Assembly: GCA_013239625.1 (NCBI GenBank)
Contig: MU053652.1
Coordinates: 5,943,902-6,007,901, forward strand
DNA from: Lama guanicoe
Lineage: Eukaryota
Direction: 5' to 3'
Length of the DNA: 64,000 bases
The notes under the pieces are model-generated. The model made no database searches, was not told the DNA's origin, and saw nothing but the letters and a program-made list of their open reading frames with translations. Positions within the stretch are counted from its first letter, which is position 1. Each line of letters opens with the position of its first letter. The position numbers were made by a program, and so were the translations under genes. Positions 12,825 to 24,338 of the stretch are shown here, piece after piece.

Positions 12825-13305
12825 GAAGCACAGGCTTTCTACTCAAGAGTTTGAATCCAGTTTCAGCACTCACTACTTTGTGATCTTGGTCAAGTAACAA
12901 AACCTCTTTACATCTTTGTTTCCATGTCTATAACACAGAGATGTTAATAATATATATACATTATTCAGGAGATTAAGCCCCTGTGAGTCTCATCTTTTGC
13001 AAATATTTTCTCCCACTCCATAGGTTGTGTTTTTGTTTTGCTTATGGTTTCCTTTGCTGTGCAAAAGCTTGTAAGTTTAATTAGGTCCCATTTGTTTATT
13101 TTTGCTTTTATTTCTATTGCTTGGGTAGACTGCCCTAGGAGAACATTGCTGAGACTTATGTCGGATAATGTTTTGCCTATGTTTTCTTCTAAGAGGTTTA
13201 AAGTGTCTTGTCTTACGTTTAAGTCTTTAGTATATATACTTCAGAGTTCCCGTGAAACGTAAATAGAAGTTGAGACTATACAGAAAGTGCTCAATAAACA
13301 TATTA
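12825..13305 (+). mobile_element. MIR interrupted by an L1 fragment
   Basis: gtttgaatccagtttcagcact..tgtgatcttggtcaagt..(insert)..aaagtgctcaataaa. Confidence 0.7.
12960..13230 (-). mobile_element. Young L1 ORF2 internal fragment, no 3'UTR or polyA
   Basis: Minus strand translates KDLNVRQDTLNLLEENIGKTLSDISLSNVLLGQSTQAIEIKAKINKWDLIKLTSFCTAKETISKTKTQPMEWEKIFAKD. Flanked by the direct repeat TATATATAC (12951-12959, 13231-13239). Confidence 0.9.
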
Positions 13306-14294
13306 TGTGTGGAGACTGTTTTATCAATAGACAATGAAGTTAGTGCTTGGATCATCTCATAAGGCAGATGAGATGGGTGGGATGGGACAGGGGGCTTGCG
13401 AATCTTTAGAAAGAGCAGAGTTAAATAGCACTATGTACAAGGATCACTAGTAGGAATGAAAACAAGGCACAGGTTGGAAAGGATGCTTCTGCCATGGAAA
13501 CAATCAACAGGGTTTCTCCAGCGGTGTCAGCTTCTTAGAAAAAGGAGCAGAAGCGTGAATGTTTTCGCAACCTGCTCAAGGTACATACTGATATGGGCAT
13601 CTGAAGAGTGTGGGTAGATCAAATGGGGCTCATTCTCTCGTTGTTTCTTCTGTTTCCTTCAGACTTATGTACTTTTTAAATGAAGGGAAGTATTTAATAA
13701 AATAGCTCCCATGTTATTAGGGGTAATTATTTTCTAGTGATATTTCACTTCAGAAAGACTCTACCTGAACATTATCATGGAGACTTGATTATTTTTCTCT
13801 TTAAGGTTTTTAACTTATAATTACATTAAAGTGTAATCAAGAAGTTAGTTTGAAAATGAAGGCTAAGAATGAGATAATTCTTTTTAATTCAGGTGCCTAA
13901 TTGTTAGACTTTGGGGATTTTGGTTTTCTCAGTCTTTCGAATGTGTTCAAAAGTCATGACTACAAGACAACTTTTCTTCTGAACCGTATAAATACCTTTG
14001 TCTGTAGCTAAGCTAAGGGAACCATTATCAAATTTTAATTTTTTAACAGATTTAAGGAGTGTACATTTATGGCATTTATTTGTATATGTTGTATACATTC
14101 ATTAACATTTATGGAATGTCTATTGTGTGCCTAAATGGTGCTGTTTATATTATGTCTCTCTTCCAATTCTTACTTCTCCTTTTTCTGACTTCATATGCCT
14201 TTATATCTTAAGCTTCTTTCTCTCTCCTTTGTCCTCTTTTCTTGCCCAGTAATTCTCCATCTGCTTTAGTGATCATTCAGTAACCAAGACAGAA

Positions 14295-14560
14295 GCCAGT
14301 GGGCTTAAGAGTATGAGCTTTCAAATTGAGACAAAGATGAACTAAAATTCTAGCTCTCACACGTTGGTTGTAAGACCTTGGATAAATCACTTAAATTTTG
14401 GAAACCTCTCTGTCCTCATCTTTGGATGGGAATAATAATCATACCTACCCTGTAGTATTATTGGGAGCATTTGATGAGATAATTCATGCTTAAGGGCTTA
14501 GCATAGCTCCTTAAGGGCTTGGCACATAGCGAGTAATCAACAAACAGTAACTATTGTTTC
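14295..14560 (+). mobile_element. Near full-length MIR
   Basis: gaccttggataaatcacttaa..cctcatct..gggaataataat..gcttggcacatag. Confidence 0.8.
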
Positions 14561-15439
14561 TTCCTCTGCCCCATGACAAGAATATATCTTCTATATATGT
14601 TTATGGGATTTCAAACAGACACACATAGATACCCCTCCAAATACACACCCATTCACACACGTTCCCCTACACACCTTAGATTTCAAAGCATCTAATAAAT
14701 CTCTTGGGGTGAGATACGGGAATCCGAGGACACAAAGCCCATGCTAATCCATTTTGCCTCGAGTAAAATGACCCAATAGGTAAAGAGGTGGAGGCTGTTG
14801 CTTGCAATAGAGTTCAGGGAGTGAGTACTGGAATACAGTACACCTCCTATGTCAAGAAACTCACTGGAAACTCACTTAGACATAGGCTATTAAAGAGACA
14901 TCATGACCTGTGCAAAGAATTTAGCTAGAGGTCATTGGTCACACCCAGCTCAGCTAGAGAAAGCTCTTGTACTGATATACAACATGCCCACAGAACATAT
15001 GTTAGAATTAGTTAAAAGCCGTAAACTCTGTAGTTTAAAAAAAGTAATTCAAATAAAAATGACAATACACATTTAGGCAGCTAAAAGGGATGCGGTACAA
15101 GTCTCCCAGAAAGATATTTATGAATTTCTGCTTTACTCTTAATCCTGCTTAAGAAAGCTCTAACTTTCCCCAGATCTTATGTTTTTCTTTCTGGCTGTCT
15201 AGATGTCCCTGTGATTTATATTAGGTGATAAGTTACACTGGGAAACTCTAAGCTGTTTAACAATACATCCAGAAGGCCGTTCCTCCCAGCTCCTTTAAGC
15301 TCTCTTACCTCCCTTCTCATTCTTCTCTGTCCTTATATAAGCCATAGGCTTATGTAAAAATTTACATACTCTCATCTCAATCCCCTCTTTGCTTCAATCA
15401 AAACAATGACATGAAGAACCATGTTTATGCTTTTTTTTA

Positions 15440-15710
15440 CTTTCAAAAAGGATTTCATATATACAGAAAAGTGCAATAAGTCTACAGCTCCATGAATGTT
15501 TACAAACTGAAAACACCTAAAGTGGTATCCAGAACAGCCAATCAAACCCCCAGATCCCCAGCTGGCACCTCAAGACCTTCCTGTGCTCTTGCAGTCATTA
15601 CAGGAAGTCACTGTTCTGATTTTGAACAGCACAGGCCAGGGTTTGCTGGCTCTTGTGCTCATATGAATGAAGTGACATCATCTGTACTCTGTAAGGCCTG
15701 GCTTCACTTC
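15440..15710 (-). mobile_element. Old L1 (L1MB/ME) 3' end
   Basis: tttcatatatacagaaaagtgca..acagctccatgaatgtttacaaactgaa. Confidence 0.6.
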
Positions 15711-15989
15711 ACTGTAATTTTTGATAAAGAGGAAATAAAGCACATTGCCACCATTCTCTCTCTCTATTAACATCAGATTCAATTCTTTAATTTACTTTGT
15801 CACATATTAAGAATTTAATTTTTAAAGCCTAATGGATTATTTTATGAAATAATAACATTTAATATCATTAATGAGGTTTAACTTCTACGAAAAATTAAAA
15901 TTTTAATACAATACCTATAATTTTTTAGTGGTAAAGAAAATACTACTTTCAAGAATCTTTTTATCTTGGTCATGTTCCCATCATTTAAA

Positions 15990-16240
15990 AAAAATAGACT
16001 TTTTTTTTTTTCTCAGAGCAGTTTTAGTTTCACAGCAAAGTTGAGTGGAAAGTATAGAGTTCCCATATATTCCCTGGCCCCACACACATAGCCTCTCTCA
16101 CTATCAACATCCTGAACCAGAGGGGTACATTTGTTCCAGTCAATTAACCTGCACTGACACATCATTATCATCTGAAGTCCATAGTTTACACTAGGGTTCA
16201 TTCTTGATGTGCATTCTATGCATTTTGACAAATGTATAGT
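15990..16240 (-). mobile_element. L1MC-like 3' end
   Basis: gagcagttttagtttcacagcaaagttgagtggaaagtatagagttcccatata..aagtccatagtttacactagggttca. Confidence 0.8.
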
Positions 16241-17431
16241 TACAGTATTTCACCTTCCAGGAAAACAGCGTTTTCATAACTGTTTTGCTTTTAATCAGCA
16301 TCGTGAAAAAACACTCCTTAGTTGCCCAGTTTCATCAGTCTCAATCCTAGGCACTAAAAAGAAAGAAATTACACTCTTCCAGCTAGCGCTCTAGGATAAT
16401 TTGCAAATATCCAAACCATCAATGTAGGACTTAGCAAAAGGATTTAATATGTAATCCTTTTATTCAGCCAGGAAAGAAAACACATTTGCTTTCCTTACTT
16501 AGCTATTAAAGACAACATGTCAGAGCTGTCACAAATTCTGGAATCAATAAATTCTAGAGTGCTAAGAGGCATTTGAGAAAACTGCAGTTTTCTTGATGGC
16601 ATGTTGCACCTTTTTCCAGAACTAAGTGCTGTCTGATTTTTCTATCCCCATGTTTATTGCCCTCTGTATATTAAAAAAAAAAAAAGCTTCAGACTGACAT
16701 TTCAGGACTTTTTTTCCAGGTAGTATTTAAATTAAAATTAGTTAGGTATATTTTTCTGATTCTACTAGATTTGCTCTAACCCAAACCAAAACAAGAACTG
16801 ACTTTTTTTTAATACACAGAAACTAGTTTGGGGTTAGGGAAGAGGATGGCATTTTCCCACTGTTAAAGACTGTAATTAACTAGTAGTTTTGGGTGAGAAA
16901 GTTTTTCTTCTTAAACATGGTCTCTCTACATAGGCACAAACTATCAGATATTGTTTGAAAATGAGATTTTTTCAGTGTTTGCATAAAATTTTCTTTTTAT
17001 AACCTTTACAGGTGTGCTTCATCAGTTTGAACCATCTCAGCCTTTAGACTGGGCTGTGGATACAAAATTTAAATGATACTACTTTGGACAATTATATGCT
17101 AATACATGAATAAACAAATACCATTTCATGTTGGATTTTTTTTTTTCTTTTTAGCATTACTTGAAGTCATCTTTTGGCTTTTGAGCGTGATAGCAATCTG
17201 CTTCACTGGTATTGAAGCAGAAAATAACCAGTCCATAAATTTTCTGGCAACTGCCACACACAAAATGTTTATGAAAATAAAATAACATATTTAGCAGACT
17301 CAAGGATGGTTTCAGCTGAACAGCATTAAGTCCTGCAAGAGCTCTAACTAGAAAGTGAATTTCTAATTCCAAGAGCTTTTACGTTCATGATGGAGTGTGT
17401 ATATTTATGTGCAGGCATGCAAACGTATACC

Positions 17432-17435
<4 letters not shown>

Positions 17436-17464
<29 letters not shown>
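17436..17464. repeat. (CA)n microsatellite
   Basis: About 14 CA units. Confidence 0.95.
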
Positions 17465-17467
<3 letters not shown>

Positions 17468-18564
17468 CCTCTCTCTCTTTCTATAGAAATAGAAGAACTG
17501 ATATGATGGAAAGAAAGGTATGTTTCTTTGCCAATGTCAAGGTAAAGTTTCTAACTTCATGGGGATTGAGTAAGAGTAGAATTTTTGAATTACTTTGTAT
17601 CTTTGAACAGGGACTTGGATAAACCAAGTGACATCTGAGCTGTGTTATCTTTGGCTGGCATTTATAGAAAAAAATTTCCAGAGCCAGTTCATTACCTATA
17701 TTATTATTTTTTAATCTTAAGAATTGACAGCAAGAAGAATAAAAAATGTATAGAGCACTGTGACCAGCATCCATCTTCTTTACTGCATTTTTTAGAACAT
17801 CATAATTTAGGCATGATGTGGTTGCAGATAAGTGTCATGTGCTATTTTAAAATCTTGGTGATCTTCTGCAGATTTTATATCCTCCATTCAGAAAAGCCCA
17901 GATGTGAGTTTAGGTGATCTGTGGTTCCATTTGATAGCACCAGGGACTATGCTTGGAGAGTCAACCTAACATAAAAAATTAACCCTGTGCATTTCAAGAG
18001 TCCTTTTAAATAATAATACCTGACTAACCTATCCATCATTTGAATTAGTAATAAAATGTTAAGTGCCATGTCATTATCCAGCGACAGTTCTCTAAGGTTT
18101 TAAATACTTCTTCTGTGGATAAGGGAATATGATTACTTAATCACTGCGATTGAAAAAAAAAAAAAGACTTTTCATAGTTTCCTGGCAAAGACACTGATGT
18201 CACAAATACAGATAATTCTAGGGTGAGTTCAGATCACTCTAAATGTAGAGTAGGAAGGGTCAAATAAAATTAGCTATATGTTGTTCAGGAAAAAAAAATT
18301 GCTGAAAACTTTGTGTATTGTTTCCTGTTCTCATCATAGATTTTGAATTGTCAGAATCCTATTAATATTTGAGGAGAAAAATAATCTTATTTGGGACTCA
18401 TATTCAAACAAATATGTATGTGTAAAGATGAGAAGCCCCTGATAACCATTCATTCTCCAGGCTTTCTTATTTTGTATCTCAGTAAAAGATTTCTTTTGAT
18501 GGTAAACTTTAAATGTATCCATATTAAGTCTTTTTAGTGCTAATTACCTTGAATCTCACCATAT

Positions 18565-19170
18565 TGCAATAATAATCCCAGGCATCTTAATGCTTTTCAT
18601 TTTAAAGTACTTTCCCATATATTCTCTCATTAGCCCTAACAGCTGTGTGTGGGAGGGCACGTACGTGTGTTAGGTAGTTTAGATAGAAATGAACACTGGG
18701 CAGGGAGAGAGAATTATTAATTCACTAATAGAATTTTGCTTATCATGCTTAAAAAAAAAATAGTGAAAGATGGTGCACTGCCGAGAATTGGGAGCGGGCG
18801 AATCCAAGAGAAGAAAAATGGCGCCACTCTCTCCTTCCTCCTGTTTTTATATCCTGGTTTTGTAACTGATTGATTAATTGATTGATTGACTGGTTAACTG
18901 ACTGATTCCCTGTGCTCTGGTTAGTTGACAGCCCAGGTTCCCTGCGCTCTGGTTAACTGACAGCCCAGGTTCCTTGTGTTCTGGGTTGTTCCTTTTCCCC
19001 TCCTCTCCCCCTGCCCAGTGCTCATTTCTAGCTAAACTACCTAACACGTGAATGTTATTGTGCCATTTGACAACAGAGATGTATAAACAGAGATGTTAAG
19101 TCATATATTCAAGACTCCCAGATACTAAATCAAGAATTGGGACTAGACCCAGAATTTTCAACTCTGTGTT
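18565..19170 (-). mobile_element. MIR (MIRc-like) split by the 18668-19046 insertion
   Basis: The flanks read aaagtactttcccatatattctctcatt..|..ttattgtgccattt..acagagatgttaagt..gggactagacccag and join into one antisense MIR. Confidence 0.55.
18668..19046 (-). mobile_element. 379-bp ERV1-LTR-like element with 38-bp terminal inverted repeats and 4-bp TSD
   Basis: TG..CA ends; CGTG on both sides (18664-18667, 19047-19050); arms 18668-18705 and 19009-19046 match at 36/38. Internal 32-bp tandem repeats; minus-strand TATAAAA near 18845-18851. Confidence 0.8.
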
Positions 19171-19249
19171 TCGTGCTCCAAGTATCAAAGCAGCTGCTGA
19201 GATAGGATATTGCTCTGAAGGTAGCCTATTAAAATTGCCAATAAATCTC

Positions 19250-19555
19250 CATTCATTCATTCATTCAAGTTATTCACTCAACAGATGATGAAATGCCTGC
19301 TATGTGCTAGTCTCTATTAGGGGCTGGACCAGCAGGGGTGAGCAAAAGATAGTCCCTGCCCTCAGGAGGACACAGTTTAGTAGGGCAAGCAGTCAGTTAA
19401 CAAACAACTATGTGAAGTATTTCAAGTCTAAAATAGAGACTGTGCTGGGGGGTGGAGGGTAATGCCGTAGGGAAGATGGTGAAATCATCACTGTATTTAA
19501 ACCTGAGACCTGGATTTTGAGAAGGATGAGAGCCTAGGAAAAAACTGGTGATAAA
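19250..19555 (-). mobile_element. L2 3' end
   Basis: attcattcattcattca..gcctgctatgtgctag..gtccctgccctcaggagg. Confidence 0.75.
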
Positions 19556-20447
19556 GCCCAAAGACAGAAGAGATTTGTGTCACTATCTTCTCTTCTGTCT
19601 AAATTCTTCTCTTCTGTCTCTGGAGTCACAGACCTTTTTACTGAAAAGTACGCTACTTTCTAAAATTTTCAAAATGGCACGTTGTCTTGTAAACACTTTG
19701 TAGAAACCCATGGAAGCCCATGTAGCGCTTCTTCTAGGGTTTATGGTGCAAGCGAGGACTCCACAGGAGCCCGCACCACTCCCCGCTGTAGTTGGGAAGT
19801 ACTGCTTTTGAAAGTGGGTTCTTTGAAGTTCACGCTGTGAACAAGATGCTGCTGAACACTGAAGAAATATTTTGTCTTGCAAATATTTCCCAGATTACAA
19901 TAGCAGCAGTGTGGAAGTATAGCACAGCGAACTGCATCAGATAAAAAGTTGCCATGTTTTAATTTTCACAGAGATTTTAACAACAGCTATGGGCTTAGAA
20001 GGACAGTAAATGCTCTCTACTCTGTAACATCAAGTGCCCATGAATGCGCAGAGGAGAAAGAGGTTGATTTGCATGGGTCAGATTTGAGGTTTGGCCACTA
20101 GGCTCCTGGGAACAGTTATCTTCTGGCTAAAAATGGGTAAACAGGGCTATGGCTTGAGGCTTCCCTGCAGGAACAGCAGCAGTGAGGTGTGGGGATGCTC
20201 TCTGCAAACAGGCCAGGCCACCTAGCTCTTGTACCACAGAAGTGCTTTCTCACATGGGGCCGCTGTGCAAAGATCACTGTCCTAGTCTGAGAAGGCCTGG
20301 GGCTTGTTGGCTTAGTTCAATTCAAAGTTAGGCCCCATTAGTGTAACTGGTTTATTTTCTTACCTAACATAGGCACAAAAAGACCTCCATATTATCTTCA
20401 GTTTTTCCACGGTGGAGTTTGAGGTCAAAGTCCCAGTTAATAATAAA

Positions 20448-20500
20448 ATCTCATCTCATCTCATCTCATCTCATCTCATCTCATCTCATCTCATCTCATC
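20448..20500. repeat. (TCATC)10 pentanucleotide microsatellite
   Basis: Perfect tandem tcatc units. Confidence 0.95.
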
Positions 20501-20994
20501 ATCATGAAGTGCTTTCATTTGCTTTCTTTATGTGCATACCTCCTTGAAGTCCTCTGTAGAAGGATTGGTTAAACCAAGCCAGGACTTGGGTATTCCCAGT
20601 GTAACTCTCTAAATAATACATTCAATCTAAGTCCTTTAAAGTATCCCCAATTAAATATAAAATCAATCAAAGTACATACACACATGCATAATGCAAACAC
20701 ATATGTGATATAGAAGATTGTTGTAGGTATAAGAAATAGCGTCCTAGAACATGATCTTTATACTTCTCCATTATAAGATAAGCAAGAAAATTAAGAATGT
20801 AATAATAACAACAAAAAATTAAAAAGTCATACAAAACTGAGAAGCAGAGGAAAACTTTCCTCTAAGTTTTGAAATTAGACTTGAGTACAATTCCTGCATT
20901 TGCAAGCCCAGTTTGGCACTTTATTCAATCACATTGGTTTCATTTCTTTTCTTTTTTACTGGAATTTCTAATGGAAAATATGAGGCTGATACAA

Positions 20995-21210
20995 GTGCTA
21001 ATGTTTACTGAGTCCTTATGACTCTCCAGGTATATGTCCAAGCGTTGTTTGTGTAGTATCTCACTTAATCCTCAAAGCAATCTGATGAAGTAGGAACAGT
21101 TTTTATCCCGTTCCTGCAGGTGAGGAAATTGAAGCTCATAATTACCTAGTCAAGTGGTGGGGTCAGGGATTGAGCCGTTACAGCCTTGGCTCCGAGTTGC
21201 ACTCCTGATT
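20995..21210 (-). mobile_element. MIR
   Basis: atgtttactgagtc..tctcacttaatcctc..caggtgaggaaattgaagctca. Confidence 0.75.
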
Positions 21211-21604
21211 ATTATGATGGTTATGGTAATTACTACGTTAATTAAGGCATACCACCTCTACTGATAACTGCTATTGCAGAAGCAGGGGAAAACTTGCTAG
21301 TGGAAAAAAAACACCTTTCTAAAAGAGAAAACAAAGAAACTTTATAATTTGATAGAACACTAGGACTCAAGGAGTCAGATCAGCTCTCTGTGACTATACA
21401 GATAATGTGAAACAAAGTGAAGAAACCAACTGGGCAGCAAAAGCCAAAAGAAAGCTGTCTCTAAGAGTTGGAAGACAATGACTAAAACAAAAATGAAGTA
21501 AAGGTAAATGTTCTGAGAGCTCATTACATATATGAGTCTTGGATATTAACATCACTGGGCTTCTTGAGGCTCAGGAGTGGTCATTAAGATTCCTTCCAGC
21601 CCAG

Positions 21605-23340
21605 TAACTTTTATTCAATGAGCTTCATTGATGTAAAATATACATATAATAAAACCGACTCATTTTAAGTGTATAATTTGATGTTTTCTTACAAATATAT
21701 ACAATTGTATAACCACCAGTTCAATCACAGTATGGAACATTTCATCACCCCAAATGTTTCTTCCTGCCTCTTTTCAGCCAGTTCCCTCCCCCACAAAACC
21801 ATTCCCAGGCAAGCAGTGATCTACTTTCTGTCAGTATAGTTTTGCTCTCTTAAAATTAATATGAATAGATTCATACATTTTGCAATTTTTGTGTCTGTAT
21901 TTTTCTACTTGGCGTAAAACTTTTGAAATTTACCCATGTTGTATTTATCGTAATTCACTGCCTTTTTTTCCATGAATAAGTCACAATTTGTTTAGTTATT
22001 CACCAGTGGATGGAACTTGGATTATTTTCAACTTTTTCTATTATGAATAGTATACGATATTTGTGTTATACAAGTATTTTCTCTTTTTATTTTCATAACG
22101 GTGTCATTTGACATTTTTAATTTTGATGAAGGCCAACCTATCAACTTTTTCTTTTATGAATCTTACTTTTTCTGTCCTAGCTAAGAAGTTTGTGTCTAAC
22201 TCAAGTTTACAAAAATTTTCTCTTGGAAGATTATAATTTTACCTCTTATGTTTAAGTGTATGATATGACCAACAGAAATTCAGTTTTTGAATATGGTATA
22301 AAATAAGGGCTGGTTTCATCTTAAAAAAATATGGCTGGCCAGTTGTTTCACTACCACCTTTTGAAAAAACTACACATATCCCATTTCAAACATTTATCCT
22401 TTTGCTCCAAATCATTAAAACGCATGCATGGGTCCATTTCTTGAATCGTTATGTTATTCTATAAATTTATATGTTTATGCTAATACAACACTGTCTTGAT
22501 TACTGTAGCTTTATATTAGGTCTTGAGAAAAGGTAGTTAAAATTTTCTTTGTTTTTACTTTTAAAAATTGCTTTTCTAGTCTGTCTTTCGTATCTATATA
22601 TCAGTTCTAGAATCCATTTTTCAATCTCTAACCAAAAAAAAAAAGCCTGCTCTGATTTTAATTGAAATTGCATTGAATTTATAGATCAATATGGAGACAA
22701 CTGACATTTTAACAACACTGAGTCTTCTCATCTATGAACTTGGTGTATCTGTCCAATTATTTAGATATTTTATTTTATTTTTTTATGTTTCTAGCCTTGT
22801 ACTTTTATTTATTTATTTAATTTTTTAAAACTTTTTTACTGAGTTACATTTTACAATGTTGTGTCAAATTCCAATGTAGAGTACAATTTTTCAGTTATAC
22901 ATGAACATACATACATTCATTGTCACATTTTTTTCCGCTGTAAGCTAGATATTTTATAATTTCTCTCTAACAGTTTTTGTAGTTTTCAGTGTAAAGCTGT
23001 TGCACACATTTTGCATGTTTTGTTAAATTTACTTATTATTATTTCATACATTATTCTTGTAAGTGCAATTATTTTAAAATTTCTATTCTAAATTATTGCC
23101 AGTAGAAAATTGATTTTTATATGTAGGTTTTTTTTTTGTAGGTTCCTTATGCTTTTCTGCATAAACAATGATGTCTTACTTCTTTCTTTCCATTACATAT
23201 GCTATCTAGTTCTTCCTGCTTTGTAGGACCAGCTGGGACCTTCAGTACAGTGTTGAATAAACATGGTAAAAGCGAGCATCCTTGTCTTTTTTCCTATCTT
23301 AGAAAGAATTCTATCATTTACCATTTAGCATGACGTACCA
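21605..23340 (-). mobile_element. Old L1 (L1MB-like) 3' ~1.5 kb with a nested younger L1
   Basis: ctcattttaagtgtataatttgatg..acactgtcttgattactgtagctttata..gcattgaatttatagatcaat..cagtacagtgttgaata. Confidence 0.85.
22774..22945 (-). mobile_element. Short young camelid-type L1 3' end with 12-bp TSD
   Basis: Near-identical to 23740-23855. TSD TAGATATTTTAT at 22762-22773 and 22946-22957. Confidence 0.85.
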
Positions 23341-23344
23341 ACCT

Positions 23345-23610
23345 AGACAAATAGAGAAAATGAGTGGTATAAACTAGCTGCAGGAAAGTATAATAGGATA
23401 CAATAAAATATTATAAAATATAATGTATAAACATTAATATACATTATAAATTTTATAGATACAAATGTATATAAAATGAGTAAAAACATCCATAGGAATG
23501 ATAAAGACCTCAGGTAGTGGTAATCTCTGGGGAGCAAGGAGGAGAGGGAGAGGGACTGGGAAAAGTTCATAATTCTCCAGTTGTATTTGTGTGGTTTTAT
23601 TACTTGAAAC
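23345..23610 (+). mobile_element. Old L1 (L1MC/ME) 3'UTR fragment
   Basis: ggaatgataaagacctcaggtagtggtaatctctgggg..ggagagggactggg. Confidence 0.45.
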
Positions 23611-23686
23611 AAAACTGAAGGAAAGAGAAGAGAACAAGTAGTATTTTACACAAATGAAGGAAATAAGAAAAACTTCATAGGTCCTT

Positions 23687-24338
23687 TTTTTTTTCAAGTT
23701 CAAATGCTCTTTTCCTCAGTTTTTTCTTTTTTTTTAACTTTTTTTTGTTGAGTTATAGTCATTTTACAACGTTGTGTCAAATTCCAGTGTAGAGCACAAT
23801 TTTTCAGTTATACATGAACATACATATACTCATTGTCACATTCTTTTTCGCTGTGAGGTACCACACGATCTTGTATATATTTCCCTGTTCTATACAGTAT
23901 AATCCTGTTTATCTATTCTACATTTTGAAATCCCAGTTCGTTCCCACCCACCGTCCCCCTGGCAACCACAAGTTTGTATTCTATGTCTATGAGTCTATTT
24001 CTGTTTTGTATTTGTTTTGTTTTTTTTTTAAGATTCCACATATGAGTGATCTCATATGATATTTTTCTTTCTCTTTCTGGCTTACTTCACTTAGAATGAC
24101 ATTCTCCAGGAACATCCATGTTGCTGCAAATGGCGTTATGTTGTCGGTTTTTATGACTGAATAGTATTCCATTGTATAAATATACCACATTTTCTTTATC
24201 CAGTCATTTGTTGATGGACATTTAGGCTGTCTCCATGTCTTGGCTATTGTAAATAGTGCTGCTATGAGCCCTGGGATGCAGGTGTCATTTTGAAGTAGGG
24301 TTCCTTCTGGATATATGCCCAGGAGCGGGATTCCTGGG
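23687..24338 (-). mobile_element. Young 5'-truncated L1 (ORF2 C-terminus plus 3'UTR) with 12-bp TSD
   Basis: ORF track [41 protein letters not shown] is the L1 ORF2 end. TSD TCATAGGTCCTT at 23675-23686 and 24339-24350. Confidence 0.93.

Noticed and set aside
14489..14520. Duplicated CTTAAGGGCTT in a MIR tail
   Set aside because: Small local slippage duplication in a dead repeat.
20448..20500. CRISPR-like or other repeat-spacer array
   Set aside because: Simple pentanucleotide microsatellite with no spacers; eukaryotic intron.
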